Below, one piece after another: positions 32,497 to 41,076 of a DNA stretch of 64,000 nucleotides. Numbering within the stretch: the first letter of the stretch is position 1; each line of letters begins with the position of its first letter. The translations under genes and the position numbers were made by a program. The notes under the pieces were generated by a model. That model did not search any database. It was not told the origin of the DNA and saw nothing but the letters and a program-made list of their open reading frames with translations. Source of the DNA: a virus; IMG/VR virus record IMGVR_UViG_3300023174_000104, positions 32,689-96,688 of that record. One strand, given 5' to 3'.

Positions 32497-33758
32497 GTGA
32501 TACAGGAAAACAAAGTCCACTAGGTGTTAATACATTAAGCTCATTATTGCAAAATATTGGGTTTAATATTAATCCCATTATGGTAAACTTTGTTGGATCT
32601 AGTACTAGTACATCATCTGCTACTCAGTTGGGTAATATTGTTAACAATACTTGTTTACGATTACTTACATATGCTATTAATGATGCTTATAGTAGAGGTG
32701 CACCTCATGTTACTGTTGTTGCAGGAAACTTTACTGTTGGATCCAGTTACACCATTACATATGTAGGTACTACTGACTTTGTAGCTATTGGCGCATCTAG
32801 TAATACAGTGGGAGTAACATTTACCGCATCTGGAATAGGGTCTGGTACAGGCACAGCAACTACCACTACGTCATACACGGTTAATAGCACGACATACAAT
32901 AATTTAATATCAATAGGATCTACAAGTATTCCTGCATTAGGTAATAGTCCTCCGTCAACATTTAATTGGACTGGCTATCCAAATTGGGCAAGTAACTACA
33001 ATTATACTAATGAAGTAACACGTTGGGGTTATGTAAGATTGTTTGCATTGCAAGGTTATAACGAATTTAATTACAATAGTGGACTATCAGCAGATAACGG
33101 AGCATATAAAGACTTCTTATCAGGATTTATGTCATCTTATAGTTTTATTGAATATAGCAATGAATCTATATTAGCTATAAATAACTCACAAGAATTTTTA
33201 GATGGTACATATAGTAATATGGACGATTTAATAACGGCTGATATTACTGGAGTAAGTGTAGCAACTACTGTATTTGGACAAGATTTAATTACTAGTGGTA
33301 AAGCAATAAATTTACAATCTATAGCGACCTTTGGTTTGCCCAGTACACTGTTATCAACATTACAAAAAAATAATGCTATCACCAAATCAGTAAGTCTTGC
33401 ATTAATTGCTAGTGGAATAACTGTAACAGAATTAGAACAGATATTGGGTAATATATCAGTAGTAACTAAAGAACAAGAACGTAAGATATACGGAGCATTT
33501 GGTATTATATTAGGACAAGATTTAAAAGATGTACTAGTATCATTAAATTGTAAAACAGCAGGTTTAGAGTCATTGGCTGACTTATTGAATCCAATAAAGT
33601 TATTTCCTAATAGTTATTCAACATTAACAGTTCCAATATATAACGCTACTGGCGGTACTGCAAATAGTAAAATATATTATCCCGTATATGTTAATGAAGG
33701 ATTAAACAGTCAATTAATATCACCTACATCAGTACAACAAACTGGAGCAGTAAATTAA
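32493..33758 (+). CDS. Hypothetical virion protein
   Basis: 421-aa ORF coupled to the PAAR gene; includes a VAGNFTVGSSYTITYVGTTDF module. Confidence 0.5.
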   Translation: MSDTGKQSPLGVNTLSSLLQNIGFNINPIMVNFVGSSTSTSSATQLGNIVNNTCLRLLTYAINDAYSRGAPHVTVVAGNFTVGSSYTITYVGTTDFVAIGASSNTVGVTFTASGIGSGTGTATTTTSYTVNSTTYNNLISIGSTSIPALGNSPPSTFNWTGYPNWASNYNYTNEVTRWGYVRLFALQGYNEFNYNSGLSADNGAYKDFLSGFMSSYSFIEYSNESILAINNSQEFLDGTYSNMDDLITADITGVSVATTVFGQDLITSGKAINLQSIATFGLPSTLLSTLQKNNAITKSVSLALIASGITVTELEQILGNISVVTKEQERKIYGAFGIILGQDLKDVLVSLNCKTAGLESLADLLNPIKLFPNSYSTLTVPIYNATGGTANSKIYYPVYVNEGLNSQLISPTSVQQTGAVN

Positions 33759-35285
33759 ATGGCTGGCTTTTTTAAAAATATCAGTTTGACCTCATCTGAG
33801 CGCAAAAATATAGATGGTCCAACTAGCAATGCATATGCAACTAATACATCAAGTGTTACACAATCTATCACAGAACAGATAACACCTGAAAATACACAAT
33901 CTGATATATTAAATATACAAGCTATACCTCAAGGGTTTGGTGCATATTTAGATGGTATATTACCTCCCGATATTGCTACAGCAGCCGGCACATTTAGTGC
34001 GGCAATGCAACAAATTAAAAACATTTCTAGTGTACCAATTGAAAAATTTGCACAAGTGGTTAGTAGTTTAGAAACAACTAAAAATTTAAATGTTAATGGC
34101 ACTAGTGTTCCAACTGATGTATCATTAGCGGCACAAGGATCAGCATTAATTTCATTGGGTAATGGTCCTTACGGTACATATACTATGAGTAATTTCTTAG
34201 GATGTATGAGTGGATTGCCTTATGTTGGTATAGATATTGATGGATTGATACAGAATTTACAAACAAGCACATTACTTAACATTTATAAACAATTATACTT
34301 AGCAGTAACATGGGAACAGGCAACTGCTACGTATAATGGTACATCTTTTACATACACTAATAGAGGTGGCGGATATACAACTGCGCCTGCAGTAACTGTA
34401 GATGGTAATACTGCAACTGCTATAATAGGCACTGATCCATCAAATATAACTACTTATGGTAGAATTACATCTATAACTTACTCTGGTGCAGCCGGTGCAG
34501 TTGTAATAGCTCCTCCTCCCGGTGGTGGATGGCCAACAATGAATTCAGTTGTACAGAGTTATATTGATGCAGCCAACATAGAAATATTATCAATTAAAAA
34601 TAATAACCCAACAACATCACAGCAATTAATTACTAATTGGGAATTGACTGGGACATTATTATCAGTAGAACAACGTGCAATTGCTACAGGTATGGCAATT
34701 GGTGTACCTAACAGTTCACCAAATAATTTAAGAGAACCAACAATAGCGGCATTTCCCTTAACACAATATGCTTTTGTAGATAGTATTCCAAGATATGCAA
34801 TGTTTACTCAACCCCATATGTATTCACAAACATTAGAAGCTATTTCTAATTATAATACAGTTGGTGGAAGAAGTCTTGTAGCAATGTTGCGTGAAGCACG
34901 TAATCAAGCTAGGTTGCAAGAAGCCGGCATCCCATTAGATAACAATATAGATAACAAATTAACTAAACAACAAGAAACAGAGTTAATTGCTAACGGAACA
35001 TTAGGTGGTAGTGTTCCATCAACATTAGCAACTGAAATTGGATCACCTGAACCGTTTGGATATTATAATCCAGTTGACGACCGTTATTATAGTAATGGTG
35101 TAGCAATAGATACTGGTGAAGCAGTTGAGCCGGGTAGTTTTGCAGGCTCAAGATATCGTAATGTAGTGCCACCTCAACTGTCAGTAATTTATGCATCTGA
35201 CATTTTATTACCATCAACTTATTCTGTACAAGAAGCAATAGACGAAGTAATTCGTTGTAATTGCGATTGTTGGGATAACATCTAA
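33759..35285 (+). CDS. Hypothetical virion protein
   Basis: 508-aa ORF; GGGYTTAPAVT fibre-like motif; C-terminal CNCDCW. Confidence 0.5.
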   Translation: MAGFFKNISLTSSERKNIDGPTSNAYATNTSSVTQSITEQITPENTQSDILNIQAIPQGFGAYLDGILPPDIATAAGTFSAAMQQIKNISSVPIEKFAQVVSSLETTKNLNVNGTSVPTDVSLAAQGSALISLGNGPYGTYTMSNFLGCMSGLPYVGIDIDGLIQNLQTSTLLNIYKQLYLAVTWEQATATYNGTSFTYTNRGGGYTTAPAVTVDGNTATAIIGTDPSNITTYGRITSITYSGAAGAVVIAPPPGGGWPTMNSVVQSYIDAANIEILSIKNNNPTTSQQLITNWELTGTLLSVEQRAIATGMAIGVPNSSPNNLREPTIAAFPLTQYAFVDSIPRYAMFTQPHMYSQTLEAISNYNTVGGRSLVAMLREARNQARLQEAGIPLDNNIDNKLTKQQETELIANGTLGGSVPSTLATEIGSPEPFGYYNPVDDRYYSNGVAIDTGEAVEPGSFAGSRYRNVVPPQLSVIYASDILLPSTYSVQEAIDEVIRCNCDCWDNI

Positions 35286-35310
35286 AATTCTCATAGCTTA
35301 AGGATATATT

Positions 35311-35907
35311 ATGAATTTAAGCCAACCTATTAAAATTTTAATATCTTTATTATTTGTAACATTAGTTCTACTATTAGGACCTAATAAGCCAGTAGAAACA
35401 ACATATGTAGAAGAACCTAAAATAGCAAAAATAGTAGATACAAAACAATTAAAATGTTTAGCTAAAAATATATTCTATGAGGCTAGTAGTGAACCATTTA
35501 ATGGTCAAGCCGCAGTAGCACGTGTTGTAATGAATAGAATAGCATATGGTTTTGGAAATGACCCCTGTGCAGTTATATATCAAACACATATGATAGATAA
35601 ACTAGTAGATGATGAAATACAAAAAGTAAAACTATGTCAGTTTAGTTGGGTATGTGAAGGTAAAGCTGAACCCAATCAGAATAATCCAAAATATAAACAA
35701 GCTGAACTTATTGCATATAATGTATTAGCATATGACGCATATACAGATGTAGTACCCAATACTACATTGTTTTTTCATAATCTAAGTGTAGATCCGTTAT
35801 GGCCTTATAAACAGGTGGCAAAGATCGGTAATCATATATTCTATAGTAAACAGAAAAAGTCAAAGAATACCCAAAAAACTGTTGTAGCAGATGAAAGTAA
35901 TATATAA
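35311..35907 (+). CDS. SleB-like cell wall hydrolase (Hydrolase_2)
   Basis: CLAKNIFYEA...GQAAVARVVMNR...CQFSW...IGNHIFY; N-terminal hydrophobic anchor. Confidence 0.9.
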   Translation: MNLSQPIKILISLLFVTLVLLLGPNKPVETTYVEEPKIAKIVDTKQLKCLAKNIFYEASSEPFNGQAAVARVVMNRIAYGFGNDPCAVIYQTHMIDKLVDDEIQKVKLCQFSWVCEGKAEPNQNNPKYKQAELIAYNVLAYDAYTDVVPNTTLFFHNLSVDPLWPYKQVAKIGNHIFYSKQKKSKNTQKTVVADESNI

Positions 35908-35913
35908 TATATT

Positions 35914-36390
35914 ATGAACGATAAACCAAATTCTGCAAATGGTGTCAGTAGTTATGATTCTACTGGTACTGGTTCATTGATTCATTTTATCAATCGCAAT
36001 GTGACACCCTATGCAACAGAAAGTTCAGGACCCAAATTTGATTTAGTCCCCGTTGAAAAGCATAAAGACATTATGCTTAACGTTGCAAGGTTGCATGCCA
36101 AACAAGAATATGATAGAATCATGGAACTAGTAACTGTATTACAGAAACAAGCAGAACAGATTAAACATAGACTTGATTTAACTGATATGGTTCATGCCGC
36201 TAAATATGATTTTCAGTTAGCAAATGGTAATATCTATTGGTTGTTATATGACCACAGAAAACAATTTACTAGATTAAGTATTCATGGTCCTAATGATTGG
36301 TCTAGTAGAGCACCAGAAGAATATGAATACTTAGCAAGAGTTAAATGGTTAGGAGATCACACATGGATAGAGGTAGAAGATGATAAGTAG
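35914..36390 (+). CDS. Hypothetical protein (DUF2452-like)
   Basis: AKYDFQLANGNIYWL...LSIHGPNDW...DHTW. Confidence 0.5.
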   Translation: MNDKPNSANGVSSYDSTGTGSLIHFINRNVTPYATESSGPKFDLVPVEKHKDIMLNVARLHAKQEYDRIMELVTVLQKQAEQIKHRLDLTDMVHAAKYDFQLANGNIYWLLYDHRKQFTRLSIHGPNDWSSRAPEEYEYLARVKWLGDHTWIEVEDDK

Positions 36391-36946
36391 TAGTCCAGAT
36401 AGAAATACCTTCCAGAAAGAAGGTTATCTTAAACGTTGTGAAGAACAAGGTAAATTGCCTAATGCCGCCTATATTCAAATGTATACAACTTGGCAACAAC
36501 AAAAACTTGAACTTGAAGAAACTGATGAGTGGAAAATAGATAACATGGAATATGACCTTCGTTCTACTCAATGGATTGTTGATAAAGTAAAAGGTGATGA
36601 TGTGTATGCACAACATCTTTATGCCGCTATGTGTAATAATGACTTTACTAAAAATGATGTATGGCCTATATTAACTGAAAAACGTTGGAGTGCTAGCTGG
36701 AGACATGCCGGTGGTATCATTGCTGATATGCAAGAGAAGGGTGATTACATTGATTGGTATTGTAGTGGTATTAGAGATGCTAAAGAATTAGATGATACTG
36801 AATTTCAAGCACTTACTAAAGAACAGCAAGAAGGATATATTCAGAGTAAAAAGTTTGTCTCTGAGAGTGTTGTAACTGATGAGATACGAGAAGATTTGTT
36901 AAAATTAGGCTGGATAGTAATAGATGATCCTAATGACAACTTTTAA
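36380..36946 (+). CDS. Conserved hypothetical phage protein
   Basis: YAQHLYAAMCNN...SWRHAGGIIAD...YIDWYCSG. Confidence 0.55.
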   Translation: MISSSPDRNTFQKEGYLKRCEEQGKLPNAAYIQMYTTWQQQKLELEETDEWKIDNMEYDLRSTQWIVDKVKGDDVYAQHLYAAMCNNDFTKNDVWPILTEKRWSASWRHAGGIIADMQEKGDYIDWYCSGIRDAKELDDTEFQALTKEQQEGYIQSKKFVSESVVTDEIREDLLKLGWIVIDDPNDNF

Positions 36947-36975
36947 ACATACTAAATACACTATAGGAGAACTCT

Positions 36976-37362
36976 ATGGCTTACAGTAAGGAAGTATTAG
37001 ATCATTACAACAATCCCCGTAATGTGGGTTCATACAAAAAAACTGATGAAGATGTTGGGATAGGACTTGTAGGAGCCCCTGCGTGTGGGGATGTCCTTCA
37101 GTTAAGTATTAAAGTAGATAAACTAACAGGAATAATAACAGATGCAAAATTTAAAACATATGGGTGCGGGTCGGCAATTGCTTCTTCAAGTCTTATCACA
37201 GACTGGGTCAGGGGTAAAACATTGGATGAAGCGTCATCCATTAAAAACTCCCATATTGCCGACGAACTCAGCCTCCCACCAGTCAAAATCCACTGCAGTA
37301 TCCTCGCCGAAGACGCCATCAAAGCCGCAGTAGAAGATTATAGAAAGAAATATAATGGCTAA
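36976..37362 (+). CDS. iscU: Fe-S cluster scaffold IscU
   Basis: MAYSKEVLDHYNNPRNVG, APACGD, GCGSAIASS, LPPVKIHCS. Confidence 0.95.
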   Translation: MAYSKEVLDHYNNPRNVGSYKKTDEDVGIGLVGAPACGDVLQLSIKVDKLTGIITDAKFKTYGCGSAIASSSLITDWVRGKTLDEASSIKNSHIADELSLPPVKIHCSILAEDAIKAAVEDYRKKYNG

Positions 37363-37657
37363 CGAATTAGCAAAATTTTTAAACTCACAACGCAGACACC
37401 GTGATGAATCTGCTGTTAAGAAACAAGTTAAGATTGCTAAATTAAATGGACTTACTCATAAAGATAAAGCAATAAAAGAACCGCATCGTTTAGCTAAACA
37501 TCATGCTATGGATTGCGGCATCCCGAGTTGCCCTCTATGCAGTAACCCACGCAGGACGCATAAAAACACATTAACTGCACAAGAAAAAAGAATGTATCAA
37601 GATACCGAAAAAACTACTGATAAACACAGTAATGGATTAAAACCTAAAGAAGAATAA
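37355..37657 (+). CDS. Hypothetical Cys/His protein
   Basis: KHHAMDCGIPSCPLCSNPR. Confidence 0.5.
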   Translation: MANELAKFLNSQRRHRDESAVKKQVKIAKLNGLTHKDKAIKEPHRLAKHHAMDCGIPSCPLCSNPRRTHKNTLTAQEKRMYQDTEKTTDKHSNGLKPKEE

Positions 37658-37727
37658 TTTACCCTTTTTGTTGTATAAATATTACTGAGTATGTTATACT
37701 CACAGAGACTACACACAAGGAGAAATT

Positions 37728-38267
37728 ATGAAAACAGTCGGTGATAAATTAGAATCGTTTGTTGTTACTGGTGTTAAACCGGGACAACCGGAAGATGCAT
37801 TCTTCCCAATTACAGAAGAAAGCTTTGCAGGTAAATGGAAGATTATCGTTTACTATCCAAAAGACTTTACATTTGTATGCCCAACAGAAATCGTAGCATA
37901 TGACAAATTACGTGTTGACTTTGAAGACCGTGATGCTGTTCTACTAACAGGTAGCACAGACAATGAGTTCTGCAAGTTGGCATGGCAAAAAGCACATCCA
38001 GATTTAGCAAAGATTAGTCATAGTCAATTTGCTGATACAGCCCGTGATGAGCGTAGTTTGATTAATCAATTAGGAGTATTCTATGCTCCAGCTGGTGCGG
38101 CATTACGTGCAACGTTCATTGTTGATCCACAAAATGTTATCCAACATATCACAGTTAATAACTTAGATGTTGGTCGTAGCCCAGAAGAAACATTGCGTGT
38201 TTTAGATGCATTGCAAACTGGTGAACTATGCCCATGTAATCGTGCTATCGGTGGAGACACACTATAA
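37728..38267 (+). CDS. ahpC: Peroxiredoxin AhpC
   Basis: YPKDFTFVCPTEI, GRSPEE, GELCPCN. Confidence 0.95.
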   Translation: MKTVGDKLESFVVTGVKPGQPEDAFFPITEESFAGKWKIIVYYPKDFTFVCPTEIVAYDKLRVDFEDRDAVLLTGSTDNEFCKLAWQKAHPDLAKISHSQFADTARDERSLINQLGVFYAPAGAALRATFIVDPQNVIQHITVNNLDVGRSPEETLRVLDALQTGELCPCNRAIGGDTL

Positions 38268-38812
38268 TGCAACCGCCACCAATCACAATTAATGGTGATT
38301 GGGTGCAATCTGTAAAAGATAGTATCCCAGATCACTCTAAAGATATCAAATTAAACATTGATGCGGTTATCAATCGTTCAGGATTAGATCCAGTTGATAC
38401 ACATGCTATTGCATATGTATCAGCATTAGCCGCAGGAAATGGTGGTTTAGCATTTGAGATTGAACATAACAGTCCATTATTCAGTAATGAACTAGAACGT
38501 GAAGCGGCAAAAACTGCGGCTTCATTGATGGCTCAAAACAATATTTGGTATCCATTTACTGAGATGGCTAATGATGAATCTATGAAGGGTTTACCTGCAG
38601 GATTGCGTATGAATGCCTATGCTACTCATGGTGGTGTATCTAAGAAGAAATTTGAAATGTATTCATTAGCCGCAAGTATTATTGGCAAATGTCATTTCTG
38701 TGTGAAAGCACATTATGATACATTGAAGAAAGAAGGCATGACTACTCAGGAACTTATGGCTATTGGTCGTATTGCTGCCGTAGTTAATGCTATAGGAAAA
38801 GTATCACTCTAA
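38267..38812 (+). CDS. ahpD: Alkyl hydroperoxide reductase AhpD
   Basis: IPDHSKDIKLN, AASLMAQNNIWY, FEMYSLAASIIGKCHFCVKAH. Confidence 0.9.
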   Translation: MQPPPITINGDWVQSVKDSIPDHSKDIKLNIDAVINRSGLDPVDTHAIAYVSALAAGNGGLAFEIEHNSPLFSNELEREAAKTAASLMAQNNIWYPFTEMANDESMKGLPAGLRMNAYATHGGVSKKKFEMYSLAASIIGKCHFCVKAHYDTLKKEGMTTQELMAIGRIAAVVNAIGKVSL

Positions 38813-38934
38813 AATGGGTAAACAAAAGGTTGACTAATATTCAAAATAATGCTATACTTCAGCATGAATTGAAAAAAGGTGTAAAAAACATACGTTGTTT
38901 ACACTAATTGACAACCAGGACTAAATAAAAGACT

Positions 38935-39072
38935 ATGATGAATAAAACTTGTAACATGTTGAAGCATACCGGACAATGGCAGTCAATAGCCACTGTATCC
39001 TTTGCACCAGCATATCCAACAAGTATTCGTGGCTATAATGATTCACAGGAACATGGCCCGGGGACTAGGTAA
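38935..39072 (+). CDS. Putative attenuator leader peptide (45 aa, all 20 amino acids)
   Basis: MMNKTCNMLKHTGQWQSIATVSFAPAYPTSIRGYNDSQEHGPGTR*; 7 nt after TAAATA; 3' end overlaps the antiterminator arm. Confidence 0.6.
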   Translation: MMNKTCNMLKHTGQWQSIATVSFAPAYPTSIRGYNDSQEHGPGTR

Positions 39073-39109
39073 CAAGTTACATCATAACTACATTTATCAA
39101 GACCCTGGG
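39057..39109 (+). promoter_or_regulatory. Putative antiterminator helix
   Basis: CCCGGGG-A-CT-A-GGTAA (39057-39072) pairs with TTATC-A-AG-A-CCCTGGG (39094-39109), sequestering the terminator 5' arm. Confidence 0.6.
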
Positions 39110-39134
39110 AATCGCAAGACTCTCAGGGTTTTTT
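39099..39134 (+). terminator. Intrinsic terminator (attenuator) upstream of the tRNA region
   Basis: GACCCTGGGAATC-GCAA-GACTCTCAGGGTT stem, GNRA loop, U-tract. Confidence 0.85.
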
Positions 39135-39159
39135 GTTTACACAGAGGATTTGACAATAA

Positions 39160-39327
39160 ATGGATGAACAGATAGAATACACAACTTCTAAAGATAAGAC
39201 AGATTGGTTTAGCAATTATGTTTTGACTAAGGAACAAGTAGTACAGTTGATACAAAATAAGATTGACCGTGCTAAAGTCTATCATGAGGCTATTAAGAAA
39301 GTTAACCAACTAACTTATACCGATTGA
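39160..39327 (+). CDS. Small hypothetical protein
   Basis: MDEQIEYTTSKDKTDWFSNYVLTKEQVVQLIQNKIDRAKVYHEAIKKVNQLTYTD*; GAGGA upstream. Confidence 0.45.
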   Translation: MDEQIEYTTSKDKTDWFSNYVLTKEQVVQLIQNKIDRAKVYHEAIKKVNQLTYTD

Positions 39328-39332
39328 TAGAT

Positions 39333-39536
39333 AGCGTGAATAGGCAACGAGAGCCGTAATACAGCGCAAAATGTATAGAATGGGCGGACAGTATACATAA
39401 AATCTATGGTGATAACATAGAAAGTAAGACTACTGGTTAGGGTATCAACCCTATCATGTCGTGTAGCAATACACGGCATTCTAAAACACACTAAGTTGAT
39501 ATGGGCTGAGATGCCGCAAATAGTGTGTTTTAGAAT
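39333..39536 (+). ncRNA. Unidentified structured RNA region
   Basis: Consecutive hairpins (ATGTATA/TATACAT, TCTATG/CATAGA, TAGGG/CCCTA, ATGTCGTGT/ACACGGCAT) and a perfect 16-bp stem at 39478-39536; no ORF. Confidence 0.5.
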
Positions 39537-39577
39537 GCGACCGTAACTCAGATGGATAGAGCACCAGGCTACGAACT
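39537..39577 (+). pseudogene. 5' half of a canonical tRNA-Arg(ACG), truncated
   Basis: GCGACCG TA ACTC AGATGGATA GAGC A CCAGG CTACGAA, then no T arm; followed by an HNH gene. Confidence 0.7.
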
Positions 39578-39610
39578 TACGTTATTTGTTCGCAAATGAT
39601 AAATAAGTGT

Positions 39611-40324
39611 ATGAATTATGAAAATCATTACAATACACTCATTGCCCGAGCAAAAAACAGAATACTGAATCAAGATTATGAAACTCATCATATTGTTCCT
39701 AGATGTATCGGTGGTACTGATGAATTTAGCAATCTCGTCAGATTAACTCCGGAAGAACATTATACCGCCCATTTACTATTAGTAAAAATACATAATCATC
39801 CAAAGTTGATTTATGCCGCCCAAATGATGACGGTTGGTAACAAATATACTCGGCGTAATAACAAAATGTACGGTTGGTTAAAACGCCAATACATTGAATT
39901 ATGTCGTCAACGGACTGGTAAAAATAATGGAAGTTTTGGTAAGAGCTGGTATAATAATCCAGTGACTATGGAAAATGGAAAATTTGCTAATGACGCTATA
40001 CCTGAGGGATGGATTAAAGGTCGTAAAATTAAGAAAGAATTAAAACCAAGAAAAACTACTAAATGTGTAGATTGTAGTAAAGATACCAACTCATATAAAG
40101 CTAACTGGTGTAAAAATTGTAGGCATACAGGACCAGTAAGACAAGAAAAACAAAAAATGTATTTTTCTGATGAAGAAAAGATAAATGCGTTAAAACTGTT
40201 TGATGGTAAAATACGTCCGGCTTTATTTCACTTGGGACTCAATGATAGTGGTACTCATTACAGATACATGAAAAAATTAAAAGCGTCTTTATACCCTCTG
40301 GCTACGAACCAGTTGAAAGGTTAA
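39611..40324 (+). CDS. HNH homing endonuclease
   Basis: ETHHIVPRCIGG...LTPEEHYTAHLLL; GKSWYNN...IPEGWIKGR. Confidence 0.85.
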   Translation: MNYENHYNTLIARAKNRILNQDYETHHIVPRCIGGTDEFSNLVRLTPEEHYTAHLLLVKIHNHPKLIYAAQMMTVGNKYTRRNNKMYGWLKRQYIELCRQRTGKNNGSFGKSWYNNPVTMENGKFANDAIPEGWIKGRKIKKELKPRKTTKCVDCSKDTNSYKANWCKNCRHTGPVRQEKQKMYFSDEEKINALKLFDGKIRPALFHLGLNDSGTHYRYMKKLKASLYPLATNQLKG

Positions 40325-40362
40325 TTGGATACATAGAGGTTCAACTCCTCTAGGACGCACCA
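40283..40362 (+). tRNA. Non-canonical tRNA-Arg(ACG)-like gene lacking a D-arm
   Basis: Acceptor GCGTCTT/AGGACGC+ACCA; anticodon arm CTGG-CTACGAA-CCAG; T arm AGAGG-TTCAACT-CCTCT; only 8 nt between acceptor and anticodon arms. Confidence 0.7.
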
Positions 40363-40498
40363 AAATTTGACAATAATTAAATTGTCTGTTACAATACATT
40401 TTTAACAAAGGAAACGACATGAAGCATAGTAAGCGATAGTGTCATCATAGGCTTCCATAGGTCTATGATTGGCACGTAAAATCAAACATACGACTTAT

Positions 40499-40572
40499 GG
40501 GAGTGAAACTTTAAGGTGAAGTAACCGGCTTTTAACCGGTAAAATTCGGATCGTTCCCGAACACTCCTACCA
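40499..40572 (+). tRNA. tRNA-Lys(TTT)
   Basis: ACCGG-CTTTTAA-CCGGT; atypical T loop ATCGTTC; CCA. Confidence 0.85.
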
Positions 40573-40660
40573 TATAAAAACACATTACCGAGGACCGAAC
40601 TCTTTACTATGGGCTCCGACCATAAAGAGAGGTAGTGTGTTTCTATATGGTATAATAAAA

Positions 40661-40752
40661 GGAAACGTGGCAGAGCCCGGTTTATTGCACCTGACTTGAA
40701 ATCAGACGGATTAGAAATAGTCCCGTGAGTTCGAATCTCACCGTTTCCACCA
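40661..40752 (+). tRNA. tRNA-Ser(TGA)
   Basis: CTGA-CTTGAAA-TCAG, long variable arm, TTCGAAT, CCA. Confidence 0.92.
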
Positions 40753-40754
40753 AT

Positions 40755-40831
40755 GGTGCTTGTCGTCAAGCGGTTAAGACCTCGGATTGTGATTCCGATA
40801 TGCGTGGGTTCAAATCCCATCAAGCACCCCA
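40755..40831 (+). tRNA. tRNA-His(GTG)
   Basis: TCGGA-TTGTGAT-TCCGA; G-1:C73; CCA. Confidence 0.92.
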
Positions 40832-40834
40832 AAC

Positions 40835-40910
40835 GGTTGAATAGCATAGCGGCCAATGCACCACCTTCATACGGTGTTTATCGTCGGTTCGAGTCCGACT
40901 TCAACTACCA
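40835..40910 (+). tRNA. tRNA(CAT), Met or Ile2
   Basis: CACC-TTCATAC-GGTG; TTCGAGT; CCA. Confidence 0.8.
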
Positions 40911-40918
40911 ATCATTAT

Positions 40919-40992
40919 TCCCGGTTAGCTCAAAAGTAGAGCACACGACTGATAATCGTGCGACAGAGGAGCGTTACCTCTACTGGGAACCA
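40919..40992 (+). tRNA. tRNA-Ile(GAT)
   Basis: CACGA-CTGATAA-TCGTG; atypical T loop AGCGTTA; CCA. Confidence 0.85.
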
Positions 40993-41076
40993 AGTTGTGT
41001 TGCAACTAATTTCAGGGAGTGTACGTTAGCCTGAATTAAAATGAAAAAAATCGGCGCCATATTTTAGGAGACTCAC

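Noticed and set aside
40482-41034. ORF-track entries 40482-40856 (-) and 40753-41034 (+), and likewise 51083-51271, 51406-51795, 53419-53718
   Set aside because: They overlap clear tRNA genes and are spurious.
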